Below the pieces are notes generated by a model. It did not search any database. It had not been told where the DNA came from and was given only the letters and a program-made list of their open reading frames with translations. The position numbers and the translations under genes were made by a program. From assembly GCF_009914755.1 (NCBI RefSeq), contig NC_060939.1: a stretch of 64,000 nucleotides of DNA; one strand, written 5' to 3'. Below, one piece after another: positions 16,451 to 28,057 of this stretch. Position 1 is the first letter of the stretch. Each line of letters begins with the position of its first letter. Origin of the DNA: the human T2T-CHM13v2.0 reference genome, Homo sapiens.

Positions 16451-18268
16451 ATGTTCTTTGAATAATTTTATAATTTAGAGGGAACATGATCATCACCTAC
16501 TCTTCATTTTACACTAAGGAAATAGACCCAGAATGGTAGTGATGTTCTCTCTTCTGTAGCTAGTAATGGTAGAGCCAGAACTAGAATCCCGGTCATCTGA
16601 TCCTCATCTTTCTGAATTCTTGAGAAGAAAAAGAGCCTTCTCTCCCAGTTGAAACAGCTGTGAATAATGGATGCACTATAAATGGCTTACCTGTCAGTGC
16701 CATGTGCTTAAACTATTCTGTGTAGAGACAGTGATGAAGTTGTGTCATAAGCGGTCATGTATGATGTTTTGTCCAAAAATTTAGAATTCCAGACTTGTTG
16801 GTAGGCCTCGAATATCAAATATCCTCTATTATGAGATTCTCTGTATGCATACTAACAGGATATTGAAGATCAGTGGCTATGTAGAAATAACATATTCAGT
16901 GTGGATGTGCTTTTGTTTTAAGAACTCCTTTTCTTGTGAACACAACCTGAAAAGATGCATGGATTAATTAGGCCTCTATAGGCACAGAACTCCCTGGTTT
17001 CTGCTCCGGTCTCTCTTGATAAAGGGCCATCTGCCCTTCCGTATAGCACGGACTAAACCACTTTTGGCCTCTAGGTCACTTAGATGCCTTTGTGTGCCTT
17101 CGGTTCTCATCTGGTTTTCAGGAGAGTTAAATGTTTAAGTGGTTTTAGGAGGAAGACTTGAGTCTGAGACATGTTTTAGAGGCTGGGGCTCTTCCCACCC
17201 TCTCCATGGCCCAGCATATGTGATAGCTTCTACCTTCTGGAGAATGGCTCTAGCTCAGGAGAGGATAGAGCTTCTTCATCTCCTCCATGCAAAGGAGCCC
17301 TCCTGCCATCTTGAAGAGCTTGAGGCTGAGGTGAGAACAGGGACAGAGGAAGATTCTGAAGCCGTAGCTGAAGAGGAGGCAGTGAAAGGAGCCTAGTGAG
17401 TATCAGCCTCTGGACTGAGAAGTGAGACACTGCAGTCAGGGTTGGAAGAATCCAAGTAAACCGAAGAAATTTGCTGGAGGACGGGGTATCTTGGTTTGAG
17501 GAAATTTTACAATCTGAGTAAAAGATGAGTTTCACTTATGAGACTCCCAGTCACACCGCTATGGCCAAGTGTGAGAAATAAATTGCATGGCTTCCTTTTC
17601 CCTGACATCACCTTGAAGTGTAATTGGATGTATTAAAGAGCCCTTATAAATTCCCAGACTTAACTTTTTAAGCCTTCACAAGTGTCTATCCTTATCACCC
17701 TTTCTCTCATGTACCAGCATTTAAGACTAAAAAAATAAACACTTTGGTTTAACATTTTTATGTTTTGCTAAATAGATACTATATTCAGAGCCTAAAAATA
17801 TTTTTATTACTGTGTGGTTTTATTGTGTGGGTATCAGTATGTGTGTGTATATGAGTATTTCAGCTATATTATGTTTCATTTAGGGCTTTACAGACGACCC
17901 TGGAAACCTTTAATACTGTTTCCATGGGAAATGTGTTTATCCTGCAGGTAAACTTTTGAATCTCATCTATCTATAAATTGAAACTACCTTTTATAATAAG
18001 ATAGTCCCCCTAAAGGTGATTAAAATAAATGGTTTTAAGATTATCTGTAGTATTCTTTTATTTGTACAATTACCTGTTCTCTTCTTAACAATAATTGAGA
18101 GTTTAATTTAAAGCCAGTGTTTTTCAGTCTATTTTATATTTGTCCTGGGTACATTAAAGGTTCTTAATTTGGATGAAGCATGTATAAACAGAGTGAATAT
18201 TCCCCAAAGCAATGCCATTTATTGGCTTCAGAATCCCTCATAATACCCTATCCTCTGTATCTTTCTAG

Positions 18269-18421
18269 CCTTCAAATGTTTATCTGGTGTGACTGTATTA
18301 TGCCCTCAGAGAGTACTGTATGTTGCCCAGGCTGGCCTCGAACTCTAGGCTCAAGTGATTCTTCTGCCTCAGCCTCCCAAGTAGCTGGGACTACAGATGC
18401 AATCACCACCACACTTGGCAG
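18269..18421 (+). other. Candidate Alu(FLAM)-derived cassette exon in intron 1 (153 nt)
   Basis: Acceptor tcctctgtatctttctag|CC, donor CAG|gtagta. ATG at 18397 reads MQSPPHLA and continues in frame into exon 2. Confidence 0.55.
18318..18419 (-). mobile_element. Alu monomer (FLAM-like)
   Basis: tatgttgcccaggctggcctcgaactc...ctcagcctcccaagtagctgggactaca. Confidence 0.85.
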
Positions 18422-18564
18422 GTAGTAAAGTGGTTTTTTTTTTTTTCTTTTTTTTGAGATATATTAAAAGGCACAGTCCATAGTCACTTGTTTCCAATGA
18501 TTTTGGAAGTCAGTACTTTATTCCCTTTTACTTTCTCTCCTTATCATTACGTATCTGTCTGTCT

Positions 18565-18745
18565 AATTGATGCACAATTCACATAACATAAAGTTAACCA
18601 TCTTAAAGTGAACAATTCAGTGGCGTTTAGTACATCCACAATTGTTTTACAAGTACCATCTCTATCTAGTTCCGAAACATTTTCATAACCCCAAAATAAA
18701 CTCTATACCAATTAAACAGTTACTTCCCATTCTCTTGACCCCCTC
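18565..18745 (-). mobile_element. L1MB-type 3' end fragment
   Basis: aattcacataacataaagttaaccatcttaaagtgaacaattcagtggc. Confidence 0.7.
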
Positions 18746-19103
18746 AGTCTTAGAGTTTTTTGGTTTTTTAAAATGTGTTATTGAATTGAGAAATTAAAAA
18801 AAATTAAAGCCTTGTGAGATAGTTGATATTATAAGACTAGCTTTATAATACCCTGTTCTAAATGCAGGAACATGAAGAAATGTGTTCATGCACCTTGAGT
18901 GGGGAAAAGGAGATCACCAAATTGTGTGTACTGTGTGTAGGTTTACAACCCTAAAGTGAGGAAGAAAGGAACACTTGGTAGGAAACATACCCAAAGCAAA
19001 GTCACAGGGATTCTGCTCCAGATTTCTTTTTCCTCGTACAAAGGAGGGACAAAAATCCTCCATAATTAAAAAAATATCCTGGGTAGTTAAAAACTTGGGC
19101 CTA

Positions 19104-19447
<344 letters not shown>

Positions 19448-19502
19448 TCAGGATAATATTAACCTATAAGAGTTTTTTTCTCCCAGATTTGAGTTACCGT
19501 CA

Positions 19503-19568
19503 TCCTTCCTTCCCTCCCTCCCTGCCTCCCTCCCTCCTTCCCTCCCTTCCTTCCTTCCTTCATTCCTT
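19503..19568. repeat. (CCTT)n/(CCCT)n microsatellite
   Basis: Direct reading. Confidence 0.9.
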
Positions 19569-19577
19569 ACATCCATC

Positions 19578-19863
19578 TTTTTTTTTTTTTTTCCTGAGGC
19601 ACAGTTTGCTCTGTCACCCAAACTAGAGTGCAGTAGTGCAGTCATATCTCACTGCAGCTTCACCTTCCTGGGCTCAATTGATCCTCCCACGTGGCTGAGA
19701 CTGTAGGCACGTGCCACCACACCCGGCTAATTTTTGTATTTTTTGTAGAGATGGAGTTTCACCATTTTACCAAAGCTGGTCTCGAACTCCTGGACTCAAG
19801 CAATCTGCCTGCCTCGGCCTCCCAAAGTGTTGGGACTACAGGCACGTACCAGTGCACCTGGCC
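19578..19863 (-). mobile_element. Alu (J-type)
   Basis: Antisense Alu with small deletion. Confidence 0.92.
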
Positions 19864-21049
19864 CCAAAGTTCTTAATATTTACTAAGAGAAAAAAGCTTT
19901 ACTGGAGAAACAAAATATTCATAATATCTCAGTACTCCAAATCATACCTCAAACCATGAATAGCTGTTCAAGTAAGCTGTGTACTAGTTTACTTTTTATT
20001 TTGTAAGATACATTTTATTGGGCTTTCTCTTCAAACTGTAAAAACATCATATTCTCATTGCTGTAAGGCAAACACCATAGGGGAGTACAAATAAAAAGCC
20101 AGCAGTCTCCCTCACAATAAGTCTTCCCAAGTACCTGCCTAACAGAGTTGTTTTAGCAGTTTGGTAGGTATTCTTCCGCACCTTTCTGTCATGTGGTTTA
20201 CGTGCACATGTAACAAAATTAGACCCAGTTGAGTAAAAAATGCCTTCAGTGCCTTCAAGGATGGCCCTCATACTGAATGTAAATATGCGAATGCACTAAG
20301 AAAAGGGAAGGCCTTTGGCAACTAGAAGGGGATTTCACCACTCAAAGCTTTCGTGTTCAAAACTAAAGTTCTGTACTGGCCAAACTGTAGAGTCCCTCAG
20401 GCAGTAATCACTGTGCTCTCCTATTCTCACCTCCTGTCCCCTCCTCTCATGCAAATATAGGATGAACATAGTCAAAGATTTATTTAACTCATTAATGAGG
20501 GAACCAGTAGTAAGATGGTAAAGCTGGCTCCAAGAGTATTTGGGAACTGAGTGTGTATAGACAGTGAAGAAAAAAACATTGAAATAAAATTGCTAGGTTA
20601 GATACAAAACTGGTTAATATCCTACAGGGTAGTATAATTGTAACCTTTGGAGTCTGCTGGACAGAAATTATGTAAAAACTCCATTACCTGTAATTTCATA
20701 GAATTTGGGTCCTGGTCAAGTAAGCAGGTCAGTGGTACTATAATTAACTATCTTTGGGAGGAGCTATTAAACAGTGTTTCAGTGTACGCTGAAAGGGCTT
20801 ACAGTTCTCCATTCACCTTATTTCCAGTTTCGGTTAATTTTTTTTTAACAGTGAGAAAGGCCTGTTGTGATACGGGATTGGGCAAGAGAAATGTAGGTAG
20901 AGATCAGATCTTGGAAGAGATGGGTATCCTAAACTAAGAAATTTAAACTTTCTCTTCCACAAATATTTATTGAGCATCTACAACGTGCTAGGTGGTTACT
21001 ATGATCCTGTGTGGTTGTGCTGCAGTGCTCCTCCCATGCCTCTAGGAGG

Positions 21050-21230
21050 CTGACTAGTGGCTCCCAAGGGGCTGTATTAGGAAGTCACCTGGGAAGCTAC
21101 TTTGCGCAAAATATACATGTTCTTTGTACTTCCTTCCCCACGCCAATGTAGATAACCTTGAGTAGAACATAGGTGTTTTCAAAAAGCTTTCCAGGTGATT
21201 TTGATATCCCTCCCTTTTAAATATCATTGT
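21050..21230. mobile_element. MER5-like hAT fragment
   Basis: aagtcacctgggaagct ... ttttcaaaaagctttccaggtgattttgat. Confidence 0.55.
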
Positions 21231-21897
21231 TACTTATATAGGACTTATTAAAAAATGAATGAGTAGACAGCAAGCAAAATTTTAATCAATATTTCATTTC
21301 CATACCTTCTTGCCTTCCCCACCACTATAATACATCAACTAAAATCATTAATGTCTTGATTATACCATCAGCAAGAATTATGTGCAGTTGTCATATATTT
21401 TATGCAACTAAGAATTACTTTGGGAAAACTAGGCTTAGATTTCCTAATTGTAACCTTATGTTGTGCCTCTTAGTAAATAAACTGAAAGAATTGTCATTTG
21501 TAGTGGTCTATGACCTACATGGCAATGACATGTGATTAAATTACTAGACTTAAAAAATGTTTTTTAATAGGAAAATAGACTGTCGTTAACTTGTCAGAGA
21601 CTGTAGCAAAAGGGAATAAGTAATAAAGGAGACAAGTGTATACGTGTTTAACGTGGTTAAGCTATTTGGGTTGAGTCAGCAATTAAAATGAGCCGCTGTT
21701 GTGGACATGCATTTAAATTCTTTTCAGTATAACTTAATTAGGCAGCCATTTTGTGTAAATGCATTCACAAAGCACGGATTTGCAACTTCAGCATTCCTAC
21801 ATAGCCATGGAATTTATAACTTAATCACAGGAAAATGGGGAGAAATTGGGAAATAACATGATGCAATTGGTATATTGTGTATTTTTCTTTTTATTAG

Positions 21898-21958
21898 TGT
21901 GCCGGTCCAACAAAAGCCCTTGGGTCTGTTTGACTTGTTCAAGTGTCCACTGTGGAAG
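21898..21958 (+). CDS. USP3: USP3 exon 2 (61 nt), ZnF-UBP: (V)CRSNKSPWVCLTCSSVHCG(R)
   Basis: Acceptor tttttctttttattag|TG, donor AAG|gtaggt. Contains the WxCLxC...CGR ZnF-UBP signature. Confidence 0.96.
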
Positions 21959-24158
21959 GTAGGTGACATACTTATTACTTCACTGACCTATTTGCTTTTT
22001 AAAATTTGTCTTTAAGCTTTATGTCAGAGTTTTATTGATTTGGATTTAGTACCATTGTTAATCATAATGCATAATTCCCTGTAGGGCTTCCTTCTCCAGT
22101 TGAATCCCTTTGTTCTGTGATACAACTGGGGAAAACATCTAGGGGAGAAAAACTCTTCGTATTGATACTCAGAAGAATTAGTTTGATGACCAAGACAATC
22201 TGCTAATAATATTTGAGTGGAAAGATGAGCTAAGGGAATTCTTGAAGTACAAATTTACCTAATGGTTGTTTTTTAAACCTTTTATTAGGGTAAAATTTAA
22301 GCACACACAAACATAGAGATGGTATAATTGAACCCCATGTCCCATTCACCCAGCAATTATCAACACATGGCAATCTTTTTTCACCTATTACCTACCCCAT
22401 CCCCACCTCTACTGACTTTTGTATCAAATCCCAGGTATGATATCATTCTTCTGGGAAAGAAAAAAACCCTTAAAATATTTACAGATAAACGAATTCCTTT
22501 TGAAAATGATCTCATTGTGGAGTTCATTATTAATTCCTAAGATATACCAAATGTTTCATTGTTCCATTAAAATACTACTTTCTATGGACAACATCTTCTA
22601 CCTCACCCCACCCCAGTTTAAACCTGAGCATTTCTTCCCAGTTCTTGGCCTCAAAATAATATTATTTAAATAGTAACTCTTCTAGCACAAACTCAAGTAT
22701 ATTGTCTGTGGTTTTTTGCCTGGTAGCAGCACATTTATTTCCACTGCTCTTCTAGCTTAGAAAATCTACTTTGAATTTACTTTAGAAGTTAATAGCTTAG
22801 CAGTAAGGAAATGAGAAATCATACTGAGTCCCATAGGCTGAAATCTATATTGTATTTATCCAGAATATTTCCCCATTGTTATTTTTAAATCCTCATTGCA
22901 TGAAGAGAGCATCTTTCTTTGTTCAGTGAAGTTTTGATTTTTCACATTTTGAGTCCTGGAATTGAGTATTTTTTCCATGTGCACTTAAGAGTACCTTTGG
23001 AAAATGTTAACTGCATTTCTTAATTGTGGCTGTTGTGGTTTTGAAATCTCTAGGATTTGGGGAACCTGAAAATACTTTGTACAGATAACTTTTTTTTAAA
23101 AAAGAAGAAAAGTAGAAGCACTTAAATTCTGCAGTTGAAGAGACAGATTCCTCTCCTAGATTTTGAGAGGTGAGAATTATAATGCAATAAAATTTATGTA
23201 GTTCTGTTCTCCAGAAGTCTCGTAGTGCTCTACAACCTAAATCTTGATGGTCATGTGCCAATCAAAAGACCTGACAAACTCAAAAATTAGAGATTAATGT
23301 TCTTAAACAACAAACTAAAATAGGTTTTGGAAAAATAAATGGAAAAATTTCTAGCCTCTGCAGGTGGACTGTTGTCAATTGCAAACAAGCTTAAATTTAG
23401 AAATTTGACATAGTTTTGGAGAAATGTGATGAAGTAGATTAAACAGAAAATTCAGAATAGCCTGAATTTGGATCTCCATTTTACATAGCTGATTGGTTAA
23501 TATTCTTTTATCATGTAATCCCAGGTGTTGATTGCCAAATTTATTGATTTTTTGGTAATTTTAGACTGCTTGTCTTTAGGGAAATCGTAAAGTGAATATT
23601 CTTCCCACTAGGAAACATAGTTTATCAATAGCATATATGGGTTATAAATTCTGCTGGTCTTCATGACACCATCCCATTTAAGTTATTTTTCAAATTTTTG
23701 TGATTGTTATTAGAAATTTGTGACATATGTAGTGAAATTTTTCCTCTTGTGCTGTAGACCAAAATGTCTAGTTAAAATCCAAAACTAGATGAGGGAAATA
23801 TTTAATTTCCTGTTAGCTAGTTTATACAAAACTGTTAACCTCTTCGACTAATATATTTAGGTATCAGGCAAAACATTGCTAATCTTAATATCAGTATTCC
23901 TACTTCTTAGTTTATCTCTGATATGCACCGGAACTATTTAAACATCTAGTACATTTAGAAACTACAGCATTGTAGTTAAATGGACTATGTAAAGATGATG
24001 AGTTCTCAAAAATGTGCAAGTGGTAATGTGCTTATTCAGTATTATTACTGTAGCAATGAATTACTGTTGTTTTTCATGGTTTAGTATTATAAATATATAT
24101 GATAAGAATAGGTGATTAAGATTAAGTATTGAACCTATATGATACCTTAGAGTTTGCC

Positions 24159-24160
24159 TT

Positions 24161-24191
<31 letters not shown>

Positions 24192-24477
24192 CTTATTGGA
24201 CAGAGTCTCACTCTGTCACCCAGGCTGCAGTGGAGTGGGGTGATCTCGGCTCACTGCAACCTCTGCCTCCTGGGTTCAAGTGATTCTCATGCCTCAGCCT
24301 CCCAAGTAGTGGGATTACAGGCATGTGCCACCAACCATGGCTAATTGTTGTATTTTTAGTAGAGATGGGGTTTCACCATGTTGGCCAGGCAAGTTTCAAA
24401 CTCCTGACCTCAAGTGATCTGCCTGCCTTAGCCTCCCAAAGTGTTGAGATTACAGGCGTGAGCCACTGCACCCAGCC
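24159..24477 (-). mobile_element. Alu (S-type) with (TTTA)n tail
   Basis: Antisense Alu. Confidence 0.95.
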
Positions 24478-24624
24478 TTACATTTTATTAAATAGCGTTT
24501 CTTGACCTATACAGTTACATGTTATCTTGAAATATGTGCTAAATGTGCCCACCTTCTAAGCAATTGTTGTTTGGATTCTGAATGAGTAGTAGTTAAGCAC
24601 AGAAAGAAGAATGCTAATAAAATG

Positions 24625-24830
24625 ATTGCTAACATTCATTTGTTATGAACTATGGATTATGTAATCACCTAACAACCCATGAGACACAAAGTACTATTAC
24701 GTCCATTTTACAAATGAGAAAACAAGTACAGAGAGGTTAAATAATTCATCCAAGCTCTCATGGCCAGGATGTGATAAAGCCTAATTTTGAATCCAGGCAG
24801 TCTAGTTTTTGAGCTTATCCTCTTAATCAT
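24625..24830. mobile_element. MIR
   Basis: ccattttacaaatgagaaaacaagtacagagaggttaaataa. Confidence 0.75.
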
Positions 24831-25864
24831 TATTTGACTCTAAAATTCATTTTAGTACAGTTTTATGAACAGAGGACTCAGGTATATGCAAAAGTGTAAA
24901 GTACAGGGAAAAAATGGAGAAAGAACGTGATCACATTCCAAGTTGAGGTTAATAGTGCCTTGAATGTGCCCAGTTTTCCTGGGTAGAGGGGCTAGGTTTG
25001 AAGTTGATCCTTCCCAGTTACGGTAACTCTCCTACTTCCTCCAAGGTAAGTGTTTTTCCTGGTGCAGTTAAGGTGCCTCATGATGAAAATGTCATCTAAC
25101 TCTCTGCATCTGTTTATTTTGGTACCATTTAACCAACATTTGTTTTGACTGAGTTTTCAAGTAGGCCTTGCCTTCCACACATTGGCTGCTTTCTAGGAAC
25201 TGGGAAATGTTGCTTCTTAAGGGTCTTCACGTTGGTGGTTAGTGACAGAATTGTGCAGTCTCTAGACGAAGGTGTAGATGGATTTGGGTGTACACCATGT
25301 GCATATGGAGCCTTATTTCAGTTTCATTGTGCCTGCTGTAATACTAAATCTGAGTTGGAATGTGTTACACAATTTTTATGAACATAATCAACTTTTGATT
25401 ATCTTTGTCCATGTAGAGAAATAGCAGTTTTTGTAAGCTTAAGGTGATTTGTGTTTTGTTTGGATTATTTCTAAACAAACATGTTTCCATATGAGAGGAG
25501 CTGATTATTCAGGCATTCAAATAAAAGACTGGAAGCTATATTGGTGAGAGATGGAACATTGTCCTGTTTCTCTGACTCTCACACTTTATGTTAAGCAGCA
25601 ACTTGAGCAGCGTCTATGGCCCTGTGGGAAGTGGCTGAGTAATTTACTTAACAGAGCTTGTCTTTGATAATAGCCCAAGTTGGGGGTTAGTGGTCTGAGA
25701 GAAAAAAAAAAAAAAGCTATAGTGAAAGCAGCAGCAAAGGAGTTTATAAATAATATCTATGGTACTGAAACCAATTTGCATAGATTATGCCTTTCCTTGC
25801 CTGAGCCTACTCTTGTATATAATTAAAAGTTGACTATAGTATTTGGTTGCAAAAAAGGAGCATA

Positions 25865-26130
<266 letters not shown>

Positions 26131-26272
26131 TCAGTATAATAAATCACTACATGATTGACTGCTGTTATAGGATTTCTTTATTTTGATTTGATTAATATTT
26201 AATTTCATCATTTCCTACTCCTTTAATTTCCAAAGCAATATTTAAAGTAAATTTTCATTTGGTTTTTGTAAG

Positions 26273-26404
26273 GTATGTGAATGGCCATGCAAAAAAACAT
26301 TATGAAGATGCACAAGTACCTTTAACCAACCATAAGAAATCAGAAAAGCAAGATAAAGTTCAGCACACAGTATGTATGGATTGCAGTAGCTACAGTACAT
26401 ACTG
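26273..26404 (+). CDS. USP3: USP3 exon 3 (132 nt): YVNGHAKKHYEDAQVPLTNHKKSEKQDKVQHTVCMDCSSYSTY(C)
   Basis: Acceptor tttttgtaag|GTATGT, donor CTG|gtaagt. Continues the frame; HAxxHY ZnF-UBP motif; symmetric phase 2-2. Confidence 0.96.
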
Positions 26405-26935
26405 GTAAGTTAACATTTTCTGGAAATGAGATTTCTTACTGTGTGCAAGTGTGCTCTCCTCCCCTCCCTTCCCTCAGTCTCTAAGCCAGTTACTACTGCT
26501 GTTACCTCCTTTTACAACTGTTAGGATTCACGGAGGACTGGAGCCATTGGGAACGCCTATCTTTATTCATTCAGATTTTACTTTGCATTGTTCCTTTCAA
26601 CTTCTAGGCCTCCTTTTCTCTCCCACCTCCCGTTCCTCATCCATCCTAGCTTCAAGGAAATAGATCTATTTCTTTGTTATTATAATTTCTTTTTCTTGTG
26701 TTATTTTAAATTGAAGAACAATGTGATAACCCATGTTCAAAATAACTCAACAAACCCATGTTCCTCCTGTCCCTGGTCCAGTTAACATTTTTGTCATATA
26801 ATCTTAAAAATTTTAACTGCTTTGTTTAAAAAAAAATTATTCTGACAGTCTCCCTTCTCCCAGTGCAGTTCCACGCTCCTCTTCTACTCCCCCAAAGGTG
26901 AATGTCAAGAATTTGGTACGTAGCTTTCCAGGCTA

Positions 26936-27230
<295 letters not shown>

Positions 27231-27797
27231 GTGCTATTTTTTTTTTTTTTAGTATCCTTTAAAAAGAGGTTGGCAACAGGTTCTGTTCCCTCTTTGTAAT
27301 ATAATATTCATGTCTATTTCATATAAATGACAAAGTAGGTATCTATTTTTGTGACTACTTAGAACTAGGTTATTTAGGTTGTGAGTGATGCTTAATGATC
27401 CATATCCATTTGGTTATGCTCAGAAAGTATATTCTGCAGTTTTAACTTTGGTGTGAAGCAAATTTCTTTCTGTGACTAGTAAATTATGATGAACAATTCT
27501 TGTTTTAATCAGCTTTCCCTTGATTCAGAAGGTTGTTGACATTAAAGGAGGGGATATAAGCCATTTAAAGGATCACTTTGGAGATATTTTTTATTGTCAG
27601 ACAGCCCTTGAATGTTACATGAAGGCATTACTGGGTAGAGATGGGGATTTAGAGAAGTCCAGATAACAATTTTAATTTACTTTCTACTGAAATGGTGTGA
27701 GAATCCTTTCCACATTGTCCTTAGTCGATAATTGTATGATAGGAAGGTGCCCATCAAAAGGAAGAAGAAAGGGTCAGTGGTTTGCCAGGTCTTTTAC

Positions 27798-28057
27798 TTT
27801 TTTTTTTTTTTTTTGAAACAGTCTTGCTCTGTCGCCCAGGCTGGAGTGCAGTGGCCGATCTCCGCTCACTGCAAGCTCTGCCTCCTGGGTTCAAGCCATT
27901 CTCCTGCCTCAGCCTCCTGAGTAGCTGGGACTATAGGCACCTGCCACCACTCCCGGCTAATTTTTTTGTATTTTTAGTAGAGACAGGGTTTCACCGTGTT
28001 AGCCAGGATGGTCTCAATCTCTTGACCTCATGACCCGCCTGCCTCGGCCTCCCAAAG
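27798..28057 (-). mobile_element. 5'-truncated AluY with TSD
   Basis: TSD GGTCTTTTAC at 27788-27797 and 28058-28067. Confidence 0.93.
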
